The notes: generated by a model not told the origin, from the letters alone. A DNA stretch of 48,397 bases from Candidatus Poseidoniia archaeon (GCA_022449785.1 JAKURQ010000005.1:1-48397), one strand, 5' to 3'; shown: positions 36,472-46,511, counted from the stretch's first letter. Made by a program: numbers and translations.

Positions 36472-37472
36472 TCTAGTTTATGTTTAATCCAATTTAGTGT
36501 ATCTCTTATTGAATCATTAATTTCTATTGGATTCCAGCCTAATGTTCCTCTAGCTTTACTAGAGTCATAATTTGTTATTTTATTCATGTATTCTTTTACA
36601 GTTTCTGGAGAAACTCTAGGAATATATCCGAACTTAGCCTTTGTAATTTCCCATCTAGCAAAAAGTTTCATCTTCCACATTGGCACGATTTTATTTGGTA
36701 ATTTTAAGTCAGGTTCAAATTCTCTAATAATGTCCATTAATTCGAATCCATCTAAGCACGATGTACACAAGATGTGTCTTCCTTCTGCATTTTCATTCTC
36801 ATATGCTTTCAAGTGACCCAGAGCAACATCTCTAACATCAACATATCCAAAGGTCTGAGGAGGTAGAGCCGGTAATTCTCCTTTCAAAAGCTTGTCGAAT
36901 AGCATTGTGCTAGGAGTATGTCTATGAAAATACGGCCCAATAACTGCAGTAGGATTCATTACTACAAGATTCATTCCTACATTTTTAGCGTAGTCCCAGG
37001 CTCTTTTTTCCGCTTCCGTTTTTGCATATGAATAGGGATGCTTAGATTTATCATTCCAATCATCTTCAGTTAACGCTCTCCCGTTTGGTCCACTTCGACC
37101 TATTGCTGCAGTACTTGATGTAAAAATTACTTTTTTGATTCCTGCTTTGTTTGCAGATTGAAGTGCATTAATTCCTCCAATTATAGAAGGATTAATGATT
37201 TCTTCTTCAGGATTTCTAGCCCAACTTTTGTAGACTGCAGCTACCTGAAACAGACCCTCCATATCTTGCATTGCAGCATCAATGGTTTCAGGTTTCATCA
37301 AGTCTAATTCAACTAAGTCAATGTCTAATTTCGATAAATGGGCTACAAGTTCAGGATTATTTTTATCTCTTACAGATCCTCTAACATTATAGCCTCTTTC
37401 TAATAATAATTTGATTAGAGCGTACCCTACATGCCCATTTGCACCAGTAACTAATACGTTCTTTCCATCCAT
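36468..37472 (-). CDS. extended SDR, dihydroflavonol/cinnamoyl-CoA reductase-like NAD(P)-dependent epimerase/dehydratase
   Basis: VLVTGANGHVG, FTSSTAA, YSYAKTEAE, VDVRDVA. Confidence 0.88.
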   Translation of the reverse strand: MDGKNVLVTGANGHVGYALIKLLLERGYNVRGSVRDKNNPELVAHLSKLDIDLVELDLMKPETIDAAMQDMEGLFQVAAVYKSWARNPEEEIINPSIIGGINALQSANKAGIKKVIFTSSTAAIGRSGPNGRALTEDDWNDKSKHPYSYAKTEAEKRAWDYAKNVGMNLVVMNPTAVIGPYFHRHTPSTMLFDKLLKGELPALPPQTFGYVDVRDVALGHLKAYENENAEGRHILCTSCLDGFELMDIIREFEPDLKLPNKIVPMWKMKLFARWEITKAKFGYIPRVSPETVKEYMNKITNYDSSKARGTLGWNPIEINDSIRDTLNWIKHKLD

Positions 37473-38011
37473 TATTTGAACAATTTTTCTCTATAAAATT
37501 TCAGTTCTTCAATAGATTCAATTATATCATCTAGCGCTCTGTGAGTTTCCATTTTAGGAGGCATTTTTGAATCTAATTCAGGATTCCATCTAATTGCTAG
37601 TTCTTTAATCGATGAAACATCTACAACACGATAATGCAATCGTCTTTCCAATGTGTTCATTTGTGCATCCAAGAACCTTCTGTCAGTTCCTATTGAATTA
37701 CCACATAGAGGAGGTCGATATTTTGACCCTAGATGTTCATTTAGAAAATCCAATGTTTGAGCTTCAGCTTCTTCAATGCTAATTTTACTTTCACGTACTT
37801 CATCTAATAATCCTGAGCGATGATGCATTTCATGTACATAATCATTCATTCGTTCTAATATTTTGTCGTGTGCGTGTATCACTAAATCAGGCCCTTCTGC
37901 AATTATATTCAGTTCTGAATCAGTTATGATTGTAGCAATTTCAATAATACGATGTCTCTTTGGATCTAAACCAGTCATTTCCAAATCTAACCATACTAAT
38001 TCTTGAGCCAT
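37472..38011 (-). CDS. orn: oligoribonuclease (DEDDh)
   Basis: LVWLDLEMTGLDP, MHHRSGL, LCGNSIGTDRRFL, DVSSIKELAIRW, HRALDDIIESIEELKFYR. Confidence 0.95.
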   Translation of the reverse strand: MAQELVWLDLEMTGLDPKRHRIIEIATIITDSELNIIAEGPDLVIHAHDKILERMNDYVHEMHHRSGLLDEVRESKISIEEAEAQTLDFLNEHLGSKYRPPLCGNSIGTDRRFLDAQMNTLERRLHYRVVDVSSIKELAIRWNPELDSKMPPKMETHRALDDIIESIEELKFYREKLFK

Positions 38012-38063
38012 AACTGTGGATTAAGAGCCTATTAAATAGAATTTGTAGCGATACTGTCCTATA

Positions 38064-39038
38064 GTGCTTTCTAAATGGTTATCTGTGTCATTTTTTGCTC
38101 CTGAAAAATTCACAGAAGAAACGATAGAAAGTCTGAAGACTGAATTAACAGATAAGGCAATTATAGCTGCATCAGGCGGAGTTGATTCTACTATAGCTGC
38201 AGTTTTAGCTTCTAGGGCAGTTGGTGACAACCTTCTTGCCATATATGTCGACACAGGATATATGCGCCTTAATGAATCGGAATTTGTTTCATCAATGCTA
38301 CAGGATTTGGGCGTTAAGCACAAAGTAATAGATGCCTCAAAACAGTTTTATGAAGGACTTCAAGGAGTTACAGATCCTGAAAAAAAGCGTAAGATAATTG
38401 GAGAATTATTTATTCGTGTTTTTGAAGAAGAGGCAAGAAAGTATGGGGGAAAATTCTTGGTTCAAGGAACAATTGCCCCAGATTGGATAGAATCAGGTGG
38501 CGGTATGAGAGACACAATCAAATCACATCACAATGTAGGAGGACTGCCTGAGGATATGGAGATGAAACTCTGTGAACCGATAAGAGAACTTTACAAAGAT
38601 GAAGTGAGAAGTTTGGCTGAATATCTTGAAGTTTCAGTTGCACATCGACAACCATTCCCAGGACCTGGATTAGCAGTTAGAGTAATGGGTGAGGCAACAC
38701 CCAAAAGAGCAGAAATAGTTCGTCAAGCTTGTCATATAGTTGAAAATGAACTTGAATCTGCAGCTAGTGATGGCAAAATGGAGTTGCCTTGGCAATATTT
38801 TGCAGTATTGTTGCCTGTAAAAACAGTAGGCGTTCAAGGCGATGTAAGGGCTTACAGTAATACAATTGCAGTACGTGCAGTTCAAAGTTATGATGCAATG
38901 ACTGCTCAAGCCCTTGATATTCCCCATTCAGTTCTTAGAAAAATATCTGAAAGAATTACAAGAGAATTAAAATCAGATGTAAATCGTGTTGTTTATGATA
39001 TAACCGATAAACCACCAGGCACAATTGAGTGGGAATAG
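38064..39038 (+). CDS. guaAB: GMP synthase subunit B (ATP pyrophosphatase)
   Basis: SGGVDS, KRKIIGELF, IKSHHNVGGLP, PFPGPGLAVR, KPPGTIEWE. No glutaminase domain; the start may be GTG 38085. Confidence 0.96.
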   Translation: MLSKWLSVSFFAPEKFTEETIESLKTELTDKAIIAASGGVDSTIAAVLASRAVGDNLLAIYVDTGYMRLNESEFVSSMLQDLGVKHKVIDASKQFYEGLQGVTDPEKKRKIIGELFIRVFEEEARKYGGKFLVQGTIAPDWIESGGGMRDTIKSHHNVGGLPEDMEMKLCEPIRELYKDEVRSLAEYLEVSVAHRQPFPGPGLAVRVMGEATPKRAEIVRQACHIVENELESAASDGKMELPWQYFAVLLPVKTVGVQGDVRAYSNTIAVRAVQSYDAMTAQALDIPHSVLRKISERITRELKSDVNRVVYDITDKPPGTIEWE

Positions 39039-39146
39039 TGGTGCCGGGGGCGGGGTTCGAACCCGCGGCCTTCGGATGTCCCAGGCATAGCCGGAACTAT
39101 TTTTACCCTATGAGTCCGACGCTCTACCAGGCTGAGCCACCCCGGC
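39039..39146 (-). tRNA. tRNA-Met(CAT), elongator type, with 31-nt intron at 37/38 (39078-39108) and encoded CCA
   Basis: GCCGGGG/CCCCGGC acceptor stem, TCGGA-CTCATA|intron|A-TCCGA, bulge-helix-bulge CUCA/UGGG with UAG and ACA bulges, GTTCGAA T-loop. Confidence 0.92.
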
Positions 39147-39222
39147 TCCTTCGTGGTTGAATCAATAGGGGTTTTAAGTTTAAGTTTCGGTGATTCTTTA
39201 TAACATCCCCTTAATCCGAGCA

Positions 39223-42200
39223 ATGATGGAAGGTTCAGGTTCTCAGAAACAAACGCCAAACACAGGTACCTATGACCCTGTCACTTTGGAAACTGAAGTA
39301 GCTGAAAGATGGTCTAAGGAGAAGATTTTTGAGAACAGCATAGAACAGCGTAGAAATTCCGATCCATTTACATTTTTGGAAGGTCCTCCTACTGCTAATG
39401 GTAAGCCTGGGATTCATCATGTTTTGTCAAGGCTCTACAAAGATATGGTTTGCAGATGGAAAACAATGGAAGGGCATTTAGTAGAGCGAAAAGGCGGTTG
39501 GGACACGCATGGTTTACCAGTAGAAATTGAGGTACAAAAACAATTGAATTTGATGTCTAATGAGGAAATTGAAGCTTACGGAATGGAAGCCTTTAATCAA
39601 AAATGTAAGGAAAGTGTTTGGACATATGAAGAAGCTTGGAGGGAGATGAGTGAGAGAATGGCTTTCTGGGTTGATATGGATAATCCGTATGTCACATTAC
39701 ATGATGAATACATAGAATCTGCTTGGTGGTCACTGAAGCAAATGCATGACAAAGGGCTTCTTTTTAGAGGACACAAAGTTCTCCCATATTGTCCACAGAC
39801 AGGTACAAGTTATTCATCTCATGAAGTTTCATTAGGTTACAAAGAAGTTGCAGAACCTGCAGTTTATGTTAAATTCAAATTAGTTGATGACAATGCCTCG
39901 ATACTGGCATGGACAACAACACCTTGGACACTTCCAGGAAATGTAGGCCTTGCAGTTGGGCCAGAGGTAACATATTGTAGGGTTCGAATAACTGAACCTC
40001 CTTCAGGAAATTGGGAAGGCCGTGGTGGATCTGAAGTTGGAGATGAATTAATTTTAGCTAAGGATTTAATGTCCGATGTTTTACGTCATCAAGTTGAAGT
40101 AATCGAAGAATTCTCTGGTTCAAAAATAGTTGGTAAGGCCTATCAGCCACTGTTTCCAGGTGCAATAGACAGAGGCGACTCTGATACAGCTTGGACCGTT
40201 GTATCTGCAGATTTTGTAACTACAACAGATGGTACTGGTGTAGTCCATACTGCAGTTATGTATGGTGAAGAAGATTATGCACTTGGTATGGAAGTAGGAT
40301 TTCCAGCACAACACACAGTAGGGATGAATGGTAAATTCATCGAAGGTACACATGAATCATTAGATGGACGTTACGTCAAAGATTGTGATTCAGATATTAT
40401 CGATCTTTTAGAAACTAATAATCTGCTTTATCGTGAGCATATCTACACACACGACTATCCTCACTGTTGGCGAACAGATCATCCGCTTCTTTACTATGCA
40501 ATGGACAGTTGGTTTGTTCGTATGACTGCTGTAAAAGATAAAATAATAAAATTCAATTCAGAAGTCGAATGGGCTCCCGAATGGACAGGTACTGGAAGAG
40601 TAGGAGAATGGCTCAGAAATATCAAAGATTGGGCAATCAGTCGAGAAAGATATTGGGGAACACCAATACCCGTTTGGATATGTCAGGATTGCGGCCATGA
40701 ACATTGTATTGGCAGTATTGAAGAAATGGAATCACTGAAAACTTCAGATTCACCATCTCCTAAAGAATTACATAGGCCATATGTTGATGATGTCAAACTT
40801 GATTGTACCAGTGACAAGTGTAATGGTATAATGATTAGAGAACCGTATGTCATGGATTGTTGGTTTGATTCAGGCTGTGCTTCTTTTGCACAATGGCATT
40901 ATCCTTTTGAGAATGAAGATAAATTCAAAGGAAGTTTTCCAGTAGATTACATTTGTGAGGCCGTAGATCAAACGCGAGGTTGGTTTTACTCACTTCTTGC
41001 AGTTTCAACAACTGTCTTTGATAGCATTTGTTATCATCGTTGTCTTTCACTAGGGCATATTTTAGACAGTGAAGGTAAGAAAATGAGCAAGTCTAAAGGT
41101 AATGTTGTCAATCCGTGGGATCATTTCAACAAAGAAGGAACAGATGCAATTCGTTGGTATATGACTACTCAAAGCGCTCCTTGGAATCCAATGAACTTTG
41201 ATCCTAAAGGTGTTAGGGAAACGTATGCCAAAATGTTCCTAACATTATGGAATGTCCACAGATTCCATGCAGATTATGCTGTTCTAGATAATTTTGACCC
41301 TGATGACAAGTCAACATTTGTACCAGTAGAGAAACGCAGTCCATTGGATAGATGGATTCTTTCTAGAATTTCAACAGTTGCTCAAGATTACCATAATCAA
41401 TTCGTATCTTGGGAATTTCATAAGGCTGGGCGAGACCTAGAAAATTTCGTTATTAATGATCTTTCAAATTGGTATGTCAGACGTTCCCGCCGTCGTTTAT
41501 GGGATGAAGCAGATAGCAACGATAAACGGGCATGCCAACATACATTGCACGAGGTTCTATGCACAGTGAGCAAACTTATGGCTCCTATCTCCCCATTCAT
41601 GTCAGATAGAATTCACCATGACTTGACTGGTGAATCAGTCCATATGGCTGATTGGCCATTAGGTTCTTCATTGGTTGAAAAAAGTCTTCCTCCACAGGAC
41701 TTAGATTTAGAGCAAAAAATGTCTTTGGTTCGAACACTAACTGAGACTGGCCGAAGAATTCGTGTTGATTCTAATAGACGTCAAAGATTACCTTGCCAAT
41801 CTGGCTGGATTGTAGGTGGAATGGACTTAACTGACTTCCACTCTATTATAGCTGAAGAATTGAATGTTGAGAATCTAGAGACTGAAAAGAATCTTGACAG
41901 ATTTCAGCGTATAGAAGTAGTACCAAATCATAAAGTTCTTGGTAAAAAATGCCGAGCAGATTTACCTAAAGTCCTATCAGAATTAGCAAATATTGATTCT
42001 GAAATATTGCTAGCTGATATTGAAAAAGGTAATGTAAATTTAGAAGGATATGATATTACCATGGAAGATGTTTCTCTTCGCCGGGTCGAGAAAGAAGGAT
42101 TTGCAGCTGCAACATTTGCAGATGAAGAATTAGGCGATATTTCTTTAGTTCTGGATATGACAATAAATGAAAACTTGTTATCTAAAGGCTTAGCAAGGGA

Positions 42201-42438
42201 AATTACTCGAAGAGTTCAGTCTAAGCGTAAAGATTTAGATCTTGATTTAGAAGACACAATAACACTTAACGTATGGCTATCTGAGAATAGTCCAAAATTA
42301 AATTCAAGCGACTGGGAATATGTTAAATCAGAAACAAGAGCTAGTTCATCTGATTTACAATATGCTTCACCTTCTGAGGAATCTGAAAGTTTTGAAGTCG
42401 ATGAATTGAAGATTTATTTTAATTTAAAGAAGAATTAA
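39223..42438 (+). CDS. ileS: isoleucyl-tRNA synthetase, type 2
   Basis: EGPPTANG.PGIHH, GWDTHGLPVE, WTTTPWTLP, DWAISRERYWGTP, DQTRGWFY, KMSKSKGN. Start taken at the first in-frame ATG. Confidence 0.97.
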   Translation: MMEGSGSQKQTPNTGTYDPVTLETEVAERWSKEKIFENSIEQRRNSDPFTFLEGPPTANGKPGIHHVLSRLYKDMVCRWKTMEGHLVERKGGWDTHGLPVEIEVQKQLNLMSNEEIEAYGMEAFNQKCKESVWTYEEAWREMSERMAFWVDMDNPYVTLHDEYIESAWWSLKQMHDKGLLFRGHKVLPYCPQTGTSYSSHEVSLGYKEVAEPAVYVKFKLVDDNASILAWTTTPWTLPGNVGLAVGPEVTYCRVRITEPPSGNWEGRGGSEVGDELILAKDLMSDVLRHQVEVIEEFSGSKIVGKAYQPLFPGAIDRGDSDTAWTVVSADFVTTTDGTGVVHTAVMYGEEDYALGMEVGFPAQHTVGMNGKFIEGTHESLDGRYVKDCDSDIIDLLETNNLLYREHIYTHDYPHCWRTDHPLLYYAMDSWFVRMTAVKDKIIKFNSEVEWAPEWTGTGRVGEWLRNIKDWAISRERYWGTPIPVWICQDCGHEHCIGSIEEMESLKTSDSPSPKELHRPYVDDVKLDCTSDKCNGIMIREPYVMDCWFDSGCASFAQWHYPFENEDKFKGSFPVDYICEAVDQTRGWFYSLLAVSTTVFDSICYHRCLSLGHILDSEGKKMSKSKGNVVNPWDHFNKEGTDAIRWYMTTQSAPWNPMNFDPKGVRETYAKMFLTLWNVHRFHADYAVLDNFDPDDKSTFVPVEKRSPLDRWILSRISTVAQDYHNQFVSWEFHKAGRDLENFVINDLSNWYVRRSRRRLWDEADSNDKRACQHTLHEVLCTVSKLMAPISPFMSDRIHHDLTGESVHMADWPLGSSLVEKSLPPQDLDLEQKMSLVRTLTETGRRIRVDSNRRQRLPCQSGWIVGGMDLTDFHSIIAEELNVENLETEKNLDRFQRIEVVPNHKVLGKKCRADLPKVLSELANIDSEILLADIEKGNVNLEGYDITMEDVSLRRVEKEGFAAATFADEELGDISLVLDMTINENLLSKGLAREITRRVQSKRKDLDLDLEDTITLNVWLSENSPKLNSSDWEYVKSETRASSSDLQYASPSEESESFEVDELKIYFNLKKN

Positions 42439-43989
42439 TTATTTTACAGCTTTGAATTTTGCTTTTTTCTCTCCAGCAGGTTTGAATTTTGGTACTTCCT
42501 TATCAACGGCTTTGAATTGTACAGGTTTTTTCTCTTCTTCAAATGAGGGTATGTCTTTAGACATTTCAAATGTTGGAGCACTACTTATTCCAGACGCTTC
42601 GCCTCCCATCACTTTTACACCACCTGAACCACTACCTAGTGATAGTGAACCAATGCTGCTAGAACTAGTCCCAAGCATACTATCTGTATCTAATTCACTA
42701 AGTTCCATTGAGCCTTTATTCTCAGTTACCTTTGTTTCAGAACTTGGCTTAAATTGTGGTTTTTTGTCAACCCCTGCTTCATTCATTTCTTTAATCGCTT
42801 CAGCGGCAGCATCTTTTACTTCTTTAGAACCATCTCCAGTCATAATTAGTGCTTGATCCATCACTTCAGGCGGCATCTCCCAAGACACTCCTTTTGATAT
42901 TGAACCCAGTGCAGTTATTGCAGTTGCTCTAATTCTTGAATCACGATTTGATGTTTCCTTTAAAATTAACTTAATAAGTTTGGTAAAAGTTTCGTAGTTC
43001 AACTTACTAGCTTTACTCCAGAATTTTTTTACTGTTAAGATATCAGCCTTCATTATAGGACTTATATATTCGTTTAAATTCACAGATTTGTTTCCAACAG
43101 CTTTGAATTTTTTAGGTCCTTTTGTTGCTGATTTCTTTACAACTTTTCTTGCGACTTTGCCTTTCTTTATAGTTGTTTTCTTTCCTGACAGTTCCCTGAC
43201 TTTAAAGATTCGACTTTTTGGTTGTCCTTTATTCTTAGGTACTATTCCACCTTTTCTCTTTGCAGCAATATCAGCTCCACTCTCGACTTCTAAACCAACT
43301 GGAGGTGCAAACAAATCAGAGTTATCTTCTACAGGCATAGGTTCCGGTGCCTGTGTTTCTATAGCAGGAGCAGTTTCATCAAAAGTAACAACAGTACTGA
43401 ATATGTCTTCAAGAAAATCTTCCGGTGAAAGATTCGTGTTACTGGCATTTAGTTCATTCTTTAGAATGTCTTCACCTATTGAAACTACAAACATAAATTT
43501 GTGAATGTCTAGATAATTTGCCATGAAATCTGAAATGGCCATAAATGCACCAGAAGGTGCTCTTTCCATTCCTTGAACGAGAACAACCAGAGGTTTCTTT
43601 TGAAGGCTAATTGAAGCCAGTTTTTTCATTGCTGAATCAAATTGATGTATCAATTCTACACGATTTTCATTTGTTAGATGAGTACTGATTGTTGCTGGTG
43701 CAGATTCATTTATTGATTTAACAAGGTCTGCAGTAGCTCCAGTTGTATCATCATTAGACCTTAATTCGGTAATAATTTGTTGTACTAATGGCATTGACAA
43801 GTCTTTTTCTGAAAGGTATCTTCTAGCATTAAAGTCAATGACACTTAATCCAGCCCCATAGAGATCATTTTCTAAATCAGACATAGCAGTCTTTCTCTCT
43901 CCAAGTGAACCGCCATAAAGTGCAACTAAGGATGGAGGATTTGAGCTTCCAACTAGTTTTATTATTCTCGCAGTAGCTGCAGTCGTCAT
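42439..43989 (-). CDS. degenerate KAP-family P-loop NTPase domain + HEAT-like repeats + low-complexity tail
   Basis: VALYGGSLGERKT, IDFNARRY, PLVVLVQGMER, FLEDIF; RIRATAITALG / EVKDAAAEAI. Confidence 0.55.
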   Translation of the reverse strand: MTTAATARIIKLVGSSNPPSLVALYGGSLGERKTAMSDLENDLYGAGLSVIDFNARRYLSEKDLSMPLVQQIITELRSNDDTTGATADLVKSINESAPATISTHLTNENRVELIHQFDSAMKKLASISLQKKPLVVLVQGMERAPSGAFMAISDFMANYLDIHKFMFVVSIGEDILKNELNASNTNLSPEDFLEDIFSTVVTFDETAPAIETQAPEPMPVEDNSDLFAPPVGLEVESGADIAAKRKGGIVPKNKGQPKSRIFKVRELSGKKTTIKKGKVARKVVKKSATKGPKKFKAVGNKSVNLNEYISPIMKADILTVKKFWSKASKLNYETFTKLIKLILKETSNRDSRIRATAITALGSISKGVSWEMPPEVMDQALIMTGDGSKEVKDAAAEAIKEMNEAGVDKKPQFKPSSETKVTENKGSMELSELDTDSMLGTSSSSIGSLSLGSGSGGVKVMGGEASGISSAPTFEMSKDIPSFEEEKKPVQFKAVDKEVPKFKPAGEKKAKFKAVK

Positions 43990-44062
43990 AGAGTATCTCC
44001 GTTACTGGTATTGGAAATCACGATGAAGCTCTCTTTAAAGGTTCTCTACATGGCAAAAGAGC

Positions 44063-44149
44063 GCGGGGGTCGCATAGCCTGGCCAATTGCGCCGGACTTA
44101 AGATCCGGTCCTTAGTGGTACGAGGGTTCGAATCCCTCCCCCCGCACCA
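44063..44149 (+). tRNA. tRNA-Leu(TAA) with encoded CCA
   Basis: GCGGGGG/CCCCCGC acceptor stem, CCGGA-CTTAAGA-TCCGG anticodon arm, long variable arm, GTTCGAATC. Confidence 0.95.
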
Positions 44150-45436
44150 TTACAGGTTCGTCATTAATTCGTTTAATCTCCAAAGGAAAAAGATAGCAAA
44201 GATTAGTGCAAAAACTTGCCAATTTTCTCTTAGAGCTTCACTCCATGTTCTTTTTGACATGGTAAGTAATGGCTCTATACTGGTGAAAAGCCCAACAAAC
44301 AATATGTAAACAGTAGCTAGAATAATCAAAAATCCTATACCTGGTGTGTATGCTACGTTATCTCTGTAGAATTCATTATCTATTAACGTAATACATTCTA
44401 TTTCTCCCCATATTCTTGGTTCCTCCATCCAACATTTGCCCATATTCTCTTCATCTCCTAATAGGTGACTGTCAGATTCTATTGCATTATCGATTAAAGA
44501 TGTGAAAATTAGTAAACTTGCCATTGTAGTTACTAAACATAAAGTAAAGAATATTGCAATCCCTCTTCTGTATTTTTCAGCTCTGAAATTTAAAATAAAG
44601 ACTATAAAACAAAATAATGCAGATAATGTTAAAAGTTGTTCCATAGTGCCAAAAAGAGTGCTACGATAGTTACAGTTATACACCTTCATGACATTATCAG
44701 TACATTGTGGATTTTCATAAATTTCAGCATTTTCATCCAATTCTTCGGCCTGCACACCATCTGTAGATTCAGTTTCCCAATAATCAGAAAAGTAGTTAGC
44801 TTTGAATTCCTCATCCACTAGCCAAGCAGTCTCATCTCCATATACAGTAACACCTTCAACGTGTAGCCAGGCTTGAGTTGGCCCTATCAATAAACACGCT
44901 AAACAAATTAGCGAAATTATTTGGATGCCTCTATCAGCTTCAGCATTAAAATCTTTGAAAGAAAATTTAAATCCATCAAACACAGATCCAGTTTGTTCAG
45001 TGTAAACTTTGTCTTCACCTAGTTTATCATAGTCCACATTTTCAGTACCCTTATCTTCTTCTAAACTCTTCTTAAAATCAGTTACAAATTCATCTTCTTC
45101 ATATAGAACACTTCTTATTTTTTTTCGTTCCCAATACAAAGCCCCGCCAACAATTGCAAGTATAGCAAAAACCAATTGTTGAGCAAGATTTATCTTGGAT
45201 ATTTTATCTAAATATTTAATTTCTTCTTTGGATATTTCACTATCAATACAGCCATCCTCATCTAAATCTTGATCAGGTGCTGGTTTTTCTCTAGGACATT
45301 CATCTTTGTTATCAGTTATACCATCGCCATCACTATCTGTAGTAATTAACGTGGGTTCGTCGTTTCCTGCATAATATGGAAAAATTGCGATTAAGAAGAA
45401 AGCGAATACAACTGCAAGAAATGGCCCATATTTCAT
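44150..45436 (-). CDS. multi-pass membrane protein with a TSP3-like Ca-binding motif
   Basis: DSDGDGITDNKDECP..DLDEDGC and about 7 TM. Start ATG 45436 gives a 4-nt overlap with the upstream gene. Confidence 0.75.
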   Translation of the reverse strand: MKYGPFLAVVFAFFLIAIFPYYAGNDEPTLITTDSDGDGITDNKDECPREKPAPDQDLDEDGCIDSEISKEEIKYLDKISKINLAQQLVFAILAIVGGALYWERKKIRSVLYEEDEFVTDFKKSLEEDKGTENVDYDKLGEDKVYTEQTGSVFDGFKFSFKDFNAEADRGIQIISLICLACLLIGPTQAWLHVEGVTVYGDETAWLVDEEFKANYFSDYWETESTDGVQAEELDENAEIYENPQCTDNVMKVYNCNYRSTLFGTMEQLLTLSALFCFIVFILNFRAEKYRRGIAIFFTLCLVTTMASLLIFTSLIDNAIESDSHLLGDEENMGKCWMEEPRIWGEIECITLIDNEFYRDNVAYTPGIGFLIILATVYILFVGLFTSIEPLLTMSKRTWSEALRENWQVFALIFAIFFLWRLNELMTNL

Positions 45437-45789
45437 TGTACTTCGCATTGACCATGGCAATGCCGCCTTTTAGCTATTAGTTTGTAAATGTAGTCTAAAA
45501 CATCCATCATCAAAGGAAGGTGGGCTAAGGCCCAGAGTGGTGTTGCCCACCAAATTTTTCTGCAAATATATACAATGGCTTTTGCACCACCATAAACTTT
45601 GTAATTATTTCCAATTACTTTCATTTCAGGAAAATCTTCTCCTTCCTTCACATCCAACAATTTCATAATTGTTTTGTTTTGTAATGGTTTAATTCTACAA
45701 TTTCGTTTTTCTAATGTGTCTTTGAAGGCATATGCTCCAGAAGTACAAAAATTACATGATGCATCATACAAGACCCATGTTCTTTTCAT
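45433..45789 (-). CDS. DCC1-like thiol-disulfide oxidoreductase (DUF393)
   Basis: VLYDASCNFC, YGGAKA, YKLIAKRRH. Start ATG 45789 preferred. Confidence 0.85.
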   Translation of the reverse strand: MKRTWVLYDASCNFCTSGAYAFKDTLEKRNCRIKPLQNKTIMKLLDVKEGEDFPEMKVIGNNYKVYGGAKAIVYICRKIWWATPLWALAHLPLMMDVLDYIYKLIAKRRHCHGQCEVQ

Positions 45790-46511
45790 GATAATGGTGC
45801 GATATTCCAATAAAGCATCGCAACAGAAAAGATTGCGGCAATAATTCCAAAGTAAGCATATTTACTCCAGACAATTATTTTAGATCCATCTAAAGGTTGT
45901 ATGGGAATCATATTAAATCCACCAAGAATTAGATTAATAATCACTATGAATCTTGCTAATTCACCAATTAAAGAGATAGGATAATCTAATCCAACAGTGA
46001 AGAAATAAATTGGGAAGGCAACTAAAGCAATAATAATATTTGAAATAGGACCAACAGCAGCAATAATTCCATTTTGCCTATCAGTTATTCTTCCTGAAAC
46101 CATTACAGCTCCAGGTGCAGCCAATAAAAAACCAAAACTAGACATTAATAAAGCAAAGTATAAACCGTTACGATTTCCTCTATATTCTGCCCAACATCCA
46201 TATTGTTGAGCCATCCATTTATGAGCTAGTTCATGAAGCAAAAATCCAGTCATAACAGCCCCAAAAGCTAGTGGCAGTGTATTGATTAGAATTTCAGGAT
46301 TTTTCATAACTGGTGATAATCCGTTGCTCAATGCAAGTGTGAATGCTACAGTTAATATTCCAATTGACTCAGCAAGCTGTTCTTTTTCATATTTAGAAAA
46401 AGACATTTTCGAATCAGGTCTTCGATTAATTTGAACAGGTTCTCCCCATCCATCAGACATTACGTACCTAACTTGATAATTCTGATTTCCACGTGACGGG
46501 TCTCTCCACAT
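45786..46511 (-). CDS. site-2 protease (M50 intramembrane Zn metalloprotease)
   Basis: HELAH, AAVGPISN, FNMIPIQPLDGSK. Confidence 0.93.
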   Translation of the reverse strand: MWRDPSRGNQNYQVRYVMSDGWGEPVQINRRPDSKMSFSKYEKEQLAESIGILTVAFTLALSNGLSPVMKNPEILINTLPLAFGAVMTGFLLHELAHKWMAQQYGCWAEYRGNRNGLYFALLMSSFGFLLAAPGAVMVSGRITDRQNGIIAAVGPISNIIIALVAFPIYFFTVGLDYPISLIGELARFIVIINLILGGFNMIPIQPLDGSKIIVWSKYAYFGIIAAIFSVAMLYWNIAPLS

